The notes under the pieces: model-generated | What the model was told of the DNA's origin: nothing | What the model saw: only the letters and a program-made list of their open reading frames with translations | Databases searched by the model: none | Source of the DNA: a virus | IMG/VR virus record: IMGVR_UViG_3300046665_000589 | Location: 1 to 64,000 of that record | DNA length: 64,000 nucleotides | Strand: one strand, 5' to 3' | Made by a program: the position numbers and the translations under genes | Shown here: piece after piece, positions 27,975 through 37,768 of the stretch | How positions within the stretch are numbered: position 1 is the stretch's first letter | Layout: each line of letters starts with the position of its first letter

Positions 27975-29192
27975 TTACGGCGTCACGGCCGCGCCCACCC
28001 GGTCGATGAACATCGTCGCGCGCAGGGCCGGCGTCGCGTTGGCGACGTCCTTGTACGCAGTGTACTCGAAGCTGGCCATCAGGTCCGAATTCTTCGAGCC
28101 GGCGTTGACGGTGGCCTTGGTCAACTGCACGCGCGGCAGGGTGATCACGTAGCCGTTGCCCAGCGAGTCCTTGGTGGCCAGGCCCAGCGAGGTGTACACG
28201 TCGTTCATGAACTTGGTGAACAGCGCGCCGTTGGCGAAGTACACCTCGAGCGAGCCCTTGACCACGAAGGTGCCGATGCCCGCGCCGACCAGGCCCAGCA
28301 CGCCCAGGCCGTCCTGCGCGCGCAGGCCCGAGTCGATCTCGATGCTCATCTTCTTGATCGTCACGCCAGCCAGCGGGGCGCCGTTTTCCCAGATGTTGCC
28401 CACGCCGGTCACGCCGTTGTGGATGTCGTAGGTCTGCGACGCCGCGGTGACGCCCGGCAGCTGCGAGGCGGCGTTGAGCACCATGTCCTTGCCGAGGAAC
28501 GTGAAGGTCCCATCGGTCATCGACTTAGAGGCAAACTCGGTCGTGAACTTGCTCGGGTACTGGCCGCGGTAGGTGAAATACTGGTTGACCTCCGCAACCT
28601 GGCGCTCGATCGTGAACGGGGTCAGGGTCACGCCGTTCTGCAGGCGCGAGGTCGAGATCGTGCAGCCAGCGATCGGACCGGAAGCGGTGGCCGGGGTGCT
28701 CGGGTCGAGCGTGATCGCGGTCGTGGTCGGCGCAGTGGTGCCGTGCACGCGGAAGAACTTGCCGTCGTTGGCGTCGCCCGGCGCGTTCAGCTTGAACCAC
28801 TGACCCTTCTGCAGGGTCGTGAAGGCGCTCGAGCCGATCGGCGCGGCGCCAGCGGTGATGGTGGTGGCCGTCATCGTGCCGGCAAAGGCGGTGCCCACGC
28901 CGTTGGTGCCGTAGACGCTCCAGGCGCTGCGCAGCAGCGAAGCGAACAGACGGTCGTACTCGGCGTACTGCATGTGGATCTTGATGTCACCACCCGCCTG
29001 GGCGCCGGTCGTGGTCGACGAGGTCAGCTCGGCCGTGGCGTTCATCTCCTTGTCGTTTTCCTTGGTCAGGTCGAAGTTCAGCGTCTCCCCAGTCATGCGC
29101 AGGTAGGCGCCATTGCCAGCGACCGGCACTTGGCCGAAGTTGGTTTCCGGGATGTAGGCAAGCTGTACGCGGTCGGCTGATGGCAGCGGCAT
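27975..29192 (-). CDS. major tail tube protein
   Basis: LAYIPETNFG, LRMTGETL, VKGSLEVYF, YVITLPRV; position upstream of chaperone. Confidence 0.85.
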   Translation of the reverse strand: MPLPSADRVQLAYIPETNFGQVPVAGNGAYLRMTGETLNFDLTKENDKEMNATAELTSSTTTGAQAGGDIKIHMQYAEYDRLFASLLRSAWSVYGTNGVGTAFAGTMTATTITAGAAPIGSSAFTTLQKGQWFKLNAPGDANDGKFFRVHGTTAPTTTAITLDPSTPATASGPIAGCTISTSRLQNGVTLTPFTIERQVAEVNQYFTYRGQYPSKFTTEFASKSMTDGTFTFLGKDMVLNAASQLPGVTAASQTYDIHNGVTGVGNIWENGAPLAGVTIKKMSIEIDSGLRAQDGLGVLGLVGAGIGTFVVKGSLEVYFANGALFTKFMNDVYTSLGLATKDSLGNGYVITLPRVQLTKATVNAGSKNSDLMASFEYTAYKDVANATPALRATMFIDRVGAAVTP

Positions 29193-29273
29193 GATAGTGC
29201 TCCAAGGTAAAGTTTCCCGAAGTCTACCTTGGTTGTTCTGTCAAGTGTTGCAAAGTTTGCTGCCTGTGTGCAA

Positions 29274-29693
29274 TTATCGTGCCAGCCTGTCATACCAGAA
29301 ATCTAAAAGGGTCGGTACGTACCACCAACCCTTGACCTTGCGGGCGCGGATCGCCTGTGCCGCGTGCAGCTTGACGCTGCCGCAGGTCTGCAGCTCGAAG
29401 TACGGCACCACGAAGTCGAGCAGCCGGCGGGCGGCGTCGGTGCCGCTGTCCTTCTTGACCACTGCGTACAGGCACAGCTGCCCGACCTGGCGCACCAGCG
29501 GACGCTCGGCCAGGTCGAGCTGGCCTCCGCCGGGCAGGAAGTCGACCTCAACCAGCAGGTAAGGATCCTGCTGGGTGACCTGGTCAACCACGCTGCGGTT
29601 GTCGATCTCGACCACCAGCGGGTAGTCGGTGAAGTCGGCCTGGATTTGCGCCACCACGGCGCGAAGGTCTCGGCTGGCCTGTGCCTGGCTCAT
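29274..29693 (-). CDS. putative tail terminator
   Basis: Synteny just upstream of tail tube, 139 aa. Confidence 0.6.
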   Translation of the reverse strand: MSQAQASRDLRAVVAQIQADFTDYPLVVEIDNRSVVDQVTQQDPYLLVEVDFLPGGGQLDLAERPLVRQVGQLCLYAVVKKDSGTDAARRLLDFVVPYFELQTCGSVKLHAAQAIRARKVKGWWYVPTLLDFWYDRLAR

Positions 29694-30190
29694 GCGGTGC
29701 TCCCAAGTTCGCGCGCGCGGGCGCGCAGGTACGATTCGATCCGGACGCGGCCGGGGATGATGTTTTCGGGGCGCAGCTGCTCGACACCATCGGGCCCGAT
29801 CATGCGGGTACCGTCGGTGAACAACTCGGTGGCGTTGACGAAGTGCACCTGCGATTTCATCGTGACGCCGCGCAGCTGGGCCGCGCCGCGCGCCATCGCC
29901 GTGGCCACTGCCTCGGGGTCGCCGGCCTTGTGCGGCATCAGCTTTTGGCCATCGTGTTCGACCGCGTGCTTGCCGGGCCACGGCTTGAACACCGGCATGT
30001 TGCCGTCGACCACGATGTTCCAGTTGCTGGCGAATTCGCCTGAGAACTGGGGCGACACTACGACCCCCAGACCGTACAGGTAATACAGCTTCTGGCGAAA
30101 GCCGGCGTCGCCGCGCTTGACCACGGTCTTGCGCGTTGATTGCAGCCGCGCAAGGCTGAGCTTGATGGCGTTGGCGTTGAGCGCGATCAT
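29690..30190 (-). CDS. putative neck / tail-completion protein
   Basis: SPQFSGEFASNW motif, synteny. Confidence 0.6.
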   Translation of the reverse strand: MIALNANAIKLSLARLQSTRKTVVKRGDAGFRQKLYYLYGLGVVVSPQFSGEFASNWNIVVDGNMPVFKPWPGKHAVEHDGQKLMPHKAGDPEAVATAMARGAAQLRGVTMKSQVHFVNATELFTDGTRMIGPDGVEQLRPENIIPGRVRIESYLRARARELGSTA

Positions 30191-31020
30191 GCCAGACGCA
30201 CGTGCAAGAGCCAGGCGTCCTGTTCGCTGACGATCGTCAGCGCGCGCCACTTGGCGCCTTGCATCGTGAATTCGGCGCCGACCACCGGCATGTAGGCGGC
30301 CTTGGCGATGTAGACCGCGCGGTCGCCCGGCTGCAGGGTGCTCTCGGCCAGCGTGCGGAACTGGTAGCACTTCTGGGGGTCGGTCTGGATCGCCCAAGTC
30401 GACACGGAAGTAGCGGTGCGGGTGTCGGCCACCAGGTCCAGGACCGAGCTGATAAAAGTCACCGGCTGGCGCGCGTCGGCATCAAGCTGGTCGGCCTCGG
30501 CAATGGTCAGATCCTCGATCGACGGGTAGGCGTTGCGCACCCGCAACAAGGTGGCGCCCTGACGCAGGAAGGTACCCTTGGCCACCGGCTCGCCGGGCGG
30601 GCAGAACACATTCCACATCACGTCCCAGTCGGCGCTGGTCTTGGCGTCCTGGGTGTCGCGGAAGTATTCCTTGTGGACGTGAAACTCGGTGCCGGCCGCC
30701 GCAAGGCAGACCTCGCCCGGGGTCAGCGCGCTGACCAGCCCGCTCGACTTCTTCAGCCCGTAGCTGCGACGGATCGGCACGCCCTGGAAGCTGTCGACGT
30801 TGCTATTGCCGACCAACCAGGTCTCGCCGTGGATCTGGACCACCGCGCGCGCCGGCGCCGCGGTACCGGGCACCGTGGTCATGGTGCGGCGGCGCGCGGT
30901 CGCGCCCGACGAGGTGTGGTCGTCGTGCGGCGTGGTGTGGCAGTGGAACAACAGCGCCCCGGTGTACGCGTCGTACACCGGGTCGTCGTCGAAGTAGCTG
31001 TCGACGTCGGCGATGTCCAT
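30187..31020 (-). CDS. putative head-closure / virion structural protein
   Basis: Synteny, beta-rich, ATGA overlap. Confidence 0.55.
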   Translation of the reverse strand: MDIADVDSYFDDDPVYDAYTGALLFHCHTTPHDDHTSSGATARRRTMTTVPGTAAPARAVVQIHGETWLVGNSNVDSFQGVPIRRSYGLKKSSGLVSALTPGEVCLAAAGTEFHVHKEYFRDTQDAKTSADWDVMWNVFCPPGEPVAKGTFLRQGATLLRVRNAYPSIEDLTIAEADQLDADARQPVTFISSVLDLVADTRTATSVSTWAIQTDPQKCYQFRTLAESTLQPGDRAVYIAKAAYMPVVGAEFTMQGAKWRALTIVSEQDAWLLHVRLA

Positions 31021-31021
31021 G

Positions 31022-31516
31022 TCAGCTGCCGGTGATCGGGCTGGTACCCGGGGTGGCGGCCAGCGCCGCCAGCCGCTCGGCCGGCGCGGGCGGGGTGGCG
31101 TCCGGGTTGAGCCTGGCGTAGGCCGCGCGCAGGCGGGTGCGCAGGATGCTGAGCGTGGTCGGGACGTCGATGCGCAGCTGGGCATAGGCGTCGGGAACTC
31201 GCTCCGCCTCGCTCTTGCCGGCGGCGCTGATGCGCGCCGGCGCGAACATCGCCACCGCGCCCAGACACTGCTTGGCGATGTGATAGGCGGCGTAGGCCTG
31301 CACCAGGTTGACGAAGCGCTCCTGGTCGTCGGTCTTGGTCGCGAGCGGCGCGGTGGCAGCGAAGTCGGCCAACATCTGCGCGTGCAGCGCGTCGATGTCG
31401 CCGGTCAGCTGCGTGGTGTAGAGCGGCAGCAGCAGTACGTCGTCGTGCAGCTCTTTCTCGGACACGCCGAGCACGGCGCGCACTTCGGCGGTGGAGGTGA
31501 TGTCGGTGAATGCCAT
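31022..31516 (-). CDS. putative head-tail adaptor
   Basis: TSTAEVRAVLGV N-terminus, helical, synteny. Confidence 0.6.
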   Translation of the reverse strand: MAFTDITSTAEVRAVLGVSEKELHDDVLLLPLYTTQLTGDIDALHAQMLADFAATAPLATKTDDQERFVNLVQAYAAYHIAKQCLGAVAMFAPARISAAGKSEAERVPDAYAQLRIDVPTTLSILRTRLRAAYARLNPDATPPAPAERLAALAATPGTSPITGS

Positions 31517-31561
31517 GAGGGCTCCTTTTGGGAAACATTATGGCACGGAAAATGCTTGCGC

Positions 31562-31590
31562 AAAAGAAAAGCCCGCTGGCGCGGGCTTTC
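31562..31590 (-). terminator. intrinsic terminator
   Basis: GAAAGCCCGC-GCCA-GCGGGCTTTTCTTTT. Confidence 0.8.
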
Positions 31591-31624
31591 TCGGCTCAGG
31601 CGCCGCCAATGCCGTCGCGGGGCG

Positions 31625-31903
31625 TCATTTTGCGGCGGCAGGGGCCTTGGGCGCCTGCGGTGCGTCAGCTACCGGCTCTTCCTTGAAGCGGATCTCGCCA
31701 TCGGTCGGGTCTTCGATCAGACGCAGCAGCGGCTGGGCCTTCAGGAAGTCCGAGCGGACAATGCGGGTCGGCACGCCCGGCTCGAGGATGACCAGGTCCG
31801 AGCCTGGGGTGTCGACCTGGCGCTGGTAATCCGGCAGGCGGACCTCGCCGGTATTGAGGACCCACTCGCCCTTCTTGTCGATGATCTTGAAGTGTTCGGA
31901 CAT
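31625..31903 (-). CDS. hypothetical protein (head module)
   Basis: RBS AGGAG, 92 aa. Confidence 0.7.
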   Translation of the reverse strand: MSEHFKIIDKKGEWVLNTGEVRLPDYQRQVDTPGSDLVILEPGVPTRIVRSDFLKAQPLLRLIEDPTDGEIRFKEEPVADAPQAPKAPAAAK

Positions 31904-31952
31904 TCTTGTTCTCCTGTGGATGAGTTCCCGAAGTATGCCATGAATGTTTCCT

Positions 31953-31981
31953 TTGACAAAGTTATTTTAAGGAGGTAGAGT
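31953..31981 (+). promoter_or_regulatory. sigma70-type promoter of GIY-YIG gene
   Basis: TTGACA-17 bp-TAGAGT, RBS AGGAG downstream. Confidence 0.65.
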
Positions 31982-32014
31982 CGAGGCCGGTTAAGACTGA
32001 AGAGGAGAAGCGTC

Positions 32015-32869
32015 ATGTTGGGAGAATGGGTAGCGTTGGACGACTGGCAGCAGCTGCCAGACGTTTCCGGGATCTACGTGATCCGGCACCGGCAGAGCCA
32101 GAAGGCGTATGTGGGCCAGTCGAAAAATGTGCGTCAGCGCATCGCAAGTCACCGGTACGCGCGGTCCTGGCACTACTTCGGGCGCGCGCTGCGGCGCCAC
32201 GGCCTCGCCGCGTTCGAGGTCTGCCTGCTGACCACAGGCGCACCGGAAGACCTGGGGCGCCTGGAGAAAGAAGCGATTGCCACGCTTGGCACGCTGGCGC
32301 CGGCCGGCTACAACCTGGCCGCTGGTGGCCTCGGGCCTACCGGCGTGACCTGGGCTTACGAACGCCGGCAGGCGCAGTCACTGGCGCGTACAGGCTTTCG
32401 GCACCGCCCTGACTCGATCGAGAAGATGCGCGAGGCGGCGCACAAAAACAATGGTTTCCGTGGGAAGAAGCACACGGCCGAGGCGAAAGCGAAAATCGGA
32501 GCAGCAACCGTGCGTGTCCACACCGGGATGAAGCGGTCACCGGAGGTACGGGCAAACATCTCGGCGTCCTTGCAAGGTCGTGCGGCGCCTGTGCTGTCGC
32601 CGGAAGCCCGAGCGCGCATCGCAGAAGCCAACAGGAAGCCAAACCCGAAAAAGGCTCAGAGAGGTGAAAAGAACGGCATGCATGGGGTCAGGCTAGGTGA
32701 GCACCCGGCTGCAAAGCGGGTTGGCTTGTGGCTGCCCGAAGCCCTGACCCCGACCACCTTCGAAACAGCGACCGAAGCAGCTGCCTGGGCGGGCGTCAAA
32801 GTGTCTACGCTATCCTGCTGGTGCTCCGGCAGACACAGGTCAACGCTGGGCGCCTGGGCCTACCTGTAA
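32015..32869 (+). CDS. free-standing GIY-YIG homing endonuclease with NUMOD3 repeats
   Basis: SGIYVI...AYVGQS..VRQR, GYNL, repeats GFRHRPDS/GKKHTAEAKAK/GMKRSPE, C-terminal HTH. Confidence 0.9.
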   Translation: MLGEWVALDDWQQLPDVSGIYVIRHRQSQKAYVGQSKNVRQRIASHRYARSWHYFGRALRRHGLAAFEVCLLTTGAPEDLGRLEKEAIATLGTLAPAGYNLAAGGLGPTGVTWAYERRQAQSLARTGFRHRPDSIEKMREAAHKNNGFRGKKHTAEAKAKIGAATVRVHTGMKRSPEVRANISASLQGRAAPVLSPEARARIAEANRKPNPKKAQRGEKNGMHGVRLGEHPAAKRVGLWLPEALTPTTFETATEAAAWAGVKVSTLSCWCSGRHRSTLGAWAYL

Positions 32870-32872
32870 ATG

Positions 32873-32898
32873 AAAACGGCCCCTTTCGGGGCCGTTTT
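32873..32898. terminator. bidirectional terminator between capsid and endonuclease genes
   Basis: AAAACGGCCCC-TTTC-GGGGCCGTTTT. Confidence 0.85.
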
Positions 32899-32911
32899 AA
32901 GTTTGGTCAGA

Positions 32912-34144
32912 TCAGGAGATGACCAACACATCGAATGCCGTGAGGTCGGTATCACCGAATAACCTTAGGGCTTCCTCGCTCCAAGTCCAGATCATGCGAC
33001 TCGAGCGGCGCAGCACGAACTCCTCGGTCGCCTTGTAATCGGCGCTGGTGTTGGTCACCAGCTTGATCGCCTGCGACTGGTCCAGGCCCCACACGGTGTT
33101 GGCCGGCACCGGGCCACCGTTGGCGGCGTCGTCGACGATCAGCCACTTGACATCGTTGCCGAAGCCGATCGAGCCCTTGGCGGCGACCAGCTGCGGGTCG
33201 ATGCGGGCCAGCGTCGGGTCGTAGTTGTTCGAACCCGGGCGGCCGGTGCGCGACTCGATCTTCAGGTAGGTGTCGAGGTCGCACATCACGTGGGTGATCT
33301 TGCGGCGGCGGCGGTTGCGCGCCAGCCACTTGACCCAGGCCTTGTGGGTGACCACGCCGCCGGTGGCAGCCGCGTCCAGCGAGTTGGTGGTCACCGCCGG
33401 CACCGCGCCGTTGTTCTGGTCCGTGTCGCCCAGGAACAGGTTGCTCAGGTAGGTGTTGACGCGCGCGTTGTGCTCGATGTCGATGTAACGCTTCATCGTC
33501 AGACCGAACAGGTCGAGCGTGGTGCCCTTCATCGCTTCCTGGCTCATCTCGATGCCGATACCGTAGGCCGGGATGTTGAAGGCGCGCTCGGACGTGGTGA
33601 TCGTCAGCATGTTCGGCAGCTCGCCCAGCTGGGTCACGCGGGCGGCCTTGGCGGCGTCGGCACCCTTGTTGGCGCCACCGGCCTTCTGGTAGCTCAGCAC
33701 CGGCTGGCGGTAATAGTCGTCGGCCACCGGCACGGTGGTCTTGACCAGGTCACGGAAGCGCACGTCTTCGTCGCTGCGGCTGTCGTAGAACATGTCCTCG
33801 ACCATCTCGATGACGACCGACGGGAACAGGATGCGCGACTGGTTGCCCAGCGGGTCACCACGCTCGCGGCTGTTCGAGGTGCCGCCAGCCTGGAAGCCGG
33901 CATTGCCTTCGAGGATGTCGTGGATCGACGCGGCGCGCAAGCCGAACGGGTTCTTGCCGACCAGCGACAGGCCCTCCGAGGCGGCGATCTGCTGGAACGC
34001 CGTACCCTTCTTCGGGTCGGCGTCCTTGTAGGTCATGTTGATCAGGTGCGCGACCTTGACGTTCTTGTCGACCGCTTCCTTGTAGAGAGTGTTTTCCAGC
34101 TTGACCTGCTGGACGTTCCCCTCGGCATTGATGTAAAAGCCCAT
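32912..34144 (-). CDS. major capsid protein
   Basis: 410 aa after protease and decoration genes, strongly biased codons, YGIGIEMSQEA, followed by terminator. Confidence 0.85.
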   Translation of the reverse strand: MGFYINAEGNVQQVKLENTLYKEAVDKNVKVAHLINMTYKDADPKKGTAFQQIAASEGLSLVGKNPFGLRAASIHDILEGNAGFQAGGTSNSRERGDPLGNQSRILFPSVVIEMVEDMFYDSRSDEDVRFRDLVKTTVPVADDYYRQPVLSYQKAGGANKGADAAKAARVTQLGELPNMLTITTSERAFNIPAYGIGIEMSQEAMKGTTLDLFGLTMKRYIDIEHNARVNTYLSNLFLGDTDQNNGAVPAVTTNSLDAAATGGVVTHKAWVKWLARNRRRRKITHVMCDLDTYLKIESRTGRPGSNNYDPTLARIDPQLVAAKGSIGFGNDVKWLIVDDAANGGPVPANTVWGLDQSQAIKLVTNTSADYKATEEFVLRRSSRMIWTWSEEALRLFGDTDLTAFDVLVIS

Positions 34145-34165
34145 TGTTGTTCTCCTGTTGAGGGG

Positions 34166-34654
34166 TTACTTGACGCGCTCGATGACGCCGGTGGTGCCCA
34201 CGGCGCCGGTACCGACGGTGCCGAGCGACATGACGCGCCAGGCGAACGGGCTGGCCTTGGCGGCAGCCTGGTCGGTGGCCTTGCACACCTTCGCATACGT
34301 AGCCAGTTGGGTGCCCTTGGCGGTGATGGTGCCGGCCACCACGTAGTCGCCGACGGCGATCGTGCCGGTGCCCGGGGTCGCCTGCAGGCCGTCGAGCGTG
34401 ACGAACAGCGCACGATCCTGCACGCGGCCGCCGACGGTGAAGCCGCCCGAGGTCGCGGTCTCGACGCCGTAGATCCAGCCTTCGATGGTGTCGCCAGCGA
34501 CGCACAGGTCGTAGCGCGACTCGCCGGCCAACTTGATCAGCTTGCCTTCGTCCTTGACGGACAGATTGTTGGCCGCGCCGGCGCCGGCGCCGAGGCGGAC
34601 CGGCACGACGATCGGGGTTTCCCCGGTCGGCATGAAGTAGTGCAGTTTGGACAT
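34166..34654 (-). CDS. head decoration protein
   Basis: 162 aa Gly/Thr-rich, between scaffold and capsid. Confidence 0.7.
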   Translation of the reverse strand: MSKLHYFMPTGETPIVVPVRLGAGAGAANNLSVKDEGKLIKLAGESRYDLCVAGDTIEGWIYGVETATSGGFTVGGRVQDRALFVTLDGLQATPGTGTIAVGDYVVAGTITAKGTQLATYAKVCKATDQAAAKASPFAWRVMSLGTVGTGAVGTTGVIERVK

Positions 34655-34667
34655 GCTGGCTCCTTGA

Positions 34668-35237
34668 TTAACGGTTGGCGGACGGCGCGGTTTTGAGGGC
34701 GAACTCGAAGCCGAACGGCACCGCGGCCTTGTTCGTGTCCTTGTCGTCGGCGTCGCTGGCGACCGACTGGCGGCCGACCGGGAACTTGGCCTTGAACTCG
34801 GTTTCGACGCGGGCGTGCTCGGCGATCACGGCGGCGGCGTCCATGCCATCGACCGCGGCCTTGGTGCCGCCCAGCGGGATCAGCATCTTGGCGGTGGCGT
34901 CCTTGGCGATGGCCAGCAGGCCGTCGTGGTGCTGGGCCACCTTCTGCAGGTCGCCCACCTTGGCGGTGGCGGCGGCGGCATCGGCCTTGGCAGCGGTCAG
35001 CGCGGTGTTGGCGCTGGCCAGCTCGGCCTGGGCCGTGGTCAGCTGACCCTTGACGGTCGCCAGCTCGGCCTTGATGGTGGTCAGCTCGGCGGCTGCCTGG
35101 TTCTGGGAAGCGGCGGCGTCGCGCGCGGCGATCTCCTCGGCGCTCATCGCGGTGCCGTCTTCGTGCAGGCCGATGTCGGCCATCGACTTGCCGGCGCGCA
35201 GCAGGTTCAGTTGATCTTGAGTCAGAGTAATGGCCAT
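34668..35237 (-). CDS. nested in-frame scaffolding protein
   Basis: Internal ATG with RBS GAAAGG and promoter elements inside a low-GC linker. Confidence 0.7.
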   Translation of the reverse strand: MAITLTQDQLNLLRAGKSMADIGLHEDGTAMSAEEIAARDAAASQNQAAAELTTIKAELATVKGQLTTAQAELASANTALTAAKADAAAATAKVGDLQKVAQHHDGLLAIAKDATAKMLIPLGGTKAAVDGMDAAAVIAEHARVETEFKAKFPVGRQSVASDADDKDTNKAAVPFGFEFALKTAPSANR

Positions 35238-36095
35238 AGCTTTACCTTTCGAATGGGAAGGAGTATTGCTGGAGTGTTTCTGCTTGTCAAGCAATTTTAG
35301 TGCCAGGTCGAAACTTTGCACTTTGTCCACAAGGCCGGCCTTGAGCGCCATCTGGCCGAGGAAGGTCTGGCCCTTGGTCACTTCGGCCAGCTGGTCGGCC
35401 GACAGGTTGGTACGGCCGGCCGCGACCTGCTTCTTGAACAGCTTGTGCACTTCGGCAAGCTGGGCCTGGGCGCGCTCCTTGGCGCCTTCGGTCAGCGGCT
35501 CGATGCTGTTGACCTCGGCCTTGTATTCGCCGGCGCGCAATACGGTGCGGGTCACGCCGTTCTGCTCGGCCTGCTTGCTGTTCTCGGCATGCACGCGCAG
35601 CACGCCGATCGAGCCGACCACCGCGGTCGGGCCGGCGCTGATCGCGCCGCGAATGGCGCTGGCCATCCAGTAGCCGGCCGAGGCCATCAGCTCGGTGGTG
35701 TGCACGGCCGACGGCTTCAGGGCCGACAGCTGCGACAGCAGCGCGCTCATGTCGACCAGGCCGGCAACATCGCCGCCCGGCGTGTTGATGTGGTACAACA
35801 TGGCTTTGGTGTCGGCGTGGGTCGCGGCCTCGATCGCGGCGGCCGCGATGTTGTCGTAGCCGAGCACGCCGAACAGGCGCATGAAGCCGGCATCACCCTG
35901 CACCACCGGACCGTTGATCTCGAGCACGGCGCTCGAGCCCTCGTGGCGCCAGAGCTTGGGCAGCTTGGCGATGGCCTCGTCCAGCCAGCCGGCGGTCATG
36001 CCGGGCTTGGCCAGCAGGTCGTCGACCTTGGCCTGGGCCTTGACGACCAGCTCGTACGACTCGTCCGAGCCGGCCCAGAAAAGTGGGACGCTCAT
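34668..36095 (-). CDS. S49-family head maturation protease fused to scaffold
   Basis: INTPGG, MASAGYWMAS, VGSIGV, RAGEYK; C-terminal Ala-rich coiled coil. Confidence 0.9.
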   Translation of the reverse strand: MSVPLFWAGSDESYELVVKAQAKVDDLLAKPGMTAGWLDEAIAKLPKLWRHEGSSAVLEINGPVVQGDAGFMRLFGVLGYDNIAAAAIEAATHADTKAMLYHINTPGGDVAGLVDMSALLSQLSALKPSAVHTTELMASAGYWMASAIRGAISAGPTAVVGSIGVLRVHAENSKQAEQNGVTRTVLRAGEYKAEVNSIEPLTEGAKERAQAQLAEVHKLFKKQVAAGRTNLSADQLAEVTKGQTFLGQMALKAGLVDKVQSFDLALKLLDKQKHSSNTPSHSKGKAMAITLTQDQLNLLRAGKSMADIGLHEDGTAMSAEEIAARDAAASQNQAAAELTTIKAELATVKGQLTTAQAELASANTALTAAKADAAAATAKVGDLQKVAQHHDGLLAIAKDATAKMLIPLGGTKAAVDGMDAAAVIAEHARVETEFKAKFPVGRQSVASDADDKDTNKAAVPFGFEFALKTAPSANR

Positions 36096-37633
36096 TTTTT
36101 CGCGGGTCCTTTCGGTTGTTGCGGCGTCTTCTTCATCGCCGAGGTCGGCGAGGCCGGGTTGCCGGGGTTGTTGGGGTCCTGTTCGGCGGCCGGGGCCGGG
36201 GTCTTGAACATGGTGCCGCTGAGCGGCTTGAAGGTCGGCGGCGGCAGCTGGTAGGTCAGGCGCAGGCAGGCCTCCTCGTCGCTCATCATGCCGATCGACA
36301 GCAGGTTGGTGATGCGCTCGTACTTCATGGCGCGGTAGGCCTCGAGCTCGCCTGCGGGCTTGAGCTCGATGTCGTCGAATTCGAACTCGACCGTCACGTC
36401 CATGCCCAGCAGGCGCACCGCCAGGGTCAAGGCCTTGCTGTAGAGTTCCTGCAGCTTCAGGCGGATCATGCCGTCGGCGTTCTTCAGGAACATCAGGGTC
36501 TCGGTCGAGGCCACGGTCTGCGACTTCGCGCCCATGCCCAGCACCGACGGCGGGGTCTTGGTGGCGGTGGCGATCTTGCCGTCGTAGATGCCCTTGACGG
36601 TCTCGAAGGTGTCCGGGGTGTCGCCGTTGTCGCCCTCGACGTACTTCAGGTGGAAGAAGTCGAAGTGCACCAGCGCCTCGTCCACGCCCAGGTTGCTGAT
36701 GGTGTCGTTGATCTGCGTGAGCAGCGTGTTCAGGTAGGCGGTGATCTTCTCGTCGTCGCCGATGTACTCGGCCGGGATGCGCTTGAGCAGCTTCTCCTCG
36801 TCGATCTCAACGTCGTAGCGCTTGTAGACGTGGCGCTCGCAGAGCTTACGCAAGGTCGACAGGAAGTTGGTCGAGGCCAGCACCGGCTGGATCGCCGCCT
36901 CCATCGGGCTTTGCGGGTAGACGTCGTACAGGCTGGGGTCGAGCGCGACCCAGAAGAAGGTCGCGATGTCCAGGTCGATCTCGTCGCCACCCACCTTCTG
37001 CACCGGTTTGACGCCCTTGCCGTCCTGGTAAAAGATGATCGGGCCGGTTGGCACCGGCACCCACTGCAGCGGCAGGCGCTGCTTGTCGAGCACCAGTTCC
37101 AGGCCCATCGCGCCCTGCTGCTGGATCTCCTTGGCCAAGGCCTCGGAGGTCGAGCGCAGGCTGCCGACCTGGGAAAAGCCGTTGATGTAGTCCGGCATCG
37201 TGTTCATCGTGCGCAGCAGCTGCAGCGCCAGGCGGGTGGCGTCGACGTTGAAGTTGCCGTCCGGGTCGCGCGCGATCGCGATGTACTTTTCCGGGATGCC
37301 TACCCGGTTGTTGGCCGCGACCGAGCCGGCCAGCTCGGGCGAGATGCGCGACAGGTTGCGCACCAGGGTCGGGGTGTCCGCGGCGGTGCGGTAAGTCGCG
37401 GTCAGGTCGACGTTGGCAACGTCGAAGGCCGGCTTCTGGATCTTGGCGGTCGAGGCCACCGTGCTGGTGCGGAAACCCGGGAACGCGGCTCCGCCCGGCT
37501 TGGGCGGCTTGGGCGGCGGTGGGGACGGCAGCGCGGTTGCCGCGCTCATGCGCGAAGCGTCCGTGTTCACCGGGCTGTCAGCGTCGGTGAACCGGACCCC
37601 GCGGCGCGAGAAGATGGTCGGCAATTTCCACAT
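36092..37633 (-). CDS. portal protein
   Basis: ~510 aa between terminase and protease (alternative GTG start 37639). Confidence 0.8.
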   Translation of the reverse strand: MWKLPTIFSRRGVRFTDADSPVNTDASRMSAATALPSPPPPKPPKPGGAAFPGFRTSTVASTAKIQKPAFDVANVDLTATYRTAADTPTLVRNLSRISPELAGSVAANNRVGIPEKYIAIARDPDGNFNVDATRLALQLLRTMNTMPDYINGFSQVGSLRSTSEALAKEIQQQGAMGLELVLDKQRLPLQWVPVPTGPIIFYQDGKGVKPVQKVGGDEIDLDIATFFWVALDPSLYDVYPQSPMEAAIQPVLASTNFLSTLRKLCERHVYKRYDVEIDEEKLLKRIPAEYIGDDEKITAYLNTLLTQINDTISNLGVDEALVHFDFFHLKYVEGDNGDTPDTFETVKGIYDGKIATATKTPPSVLGMGAKSQTVASTETLMFLKNADGMIRLKLQELYSKALTLAVRLLGMDVTVEFEFDDIELKPAGELEAYRAMKYERITNLLSIGMMSDEEACLRLTYQLPPPTFKPLSGTMFKTPAPAAEQDPNNPGNPASPTSAMKKTPQQPKGPAKK

Positions 37634-37683
37634 GGCCACGATTTTGGCACGGAACTTGCTTTCTGTCAGCTTTTTTGATGCGC

Positions 37684-37710
37684 AAAAGAAAAGGCCCGCT
37701 TGCGCGGGCC
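37684..37710 (-). terminator. intrinsic terminator after terminase
   Basis: GGCCCGC-GCAA-GCGGGCC followed by TTTTCTTTT. Confidence 0.8.
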
Positions 37711-37768
37711 AAAAGCTTACGTGGAGACGGGCTTACTCTACCGCAAGCCGTGGCATTGTTCAATATCC

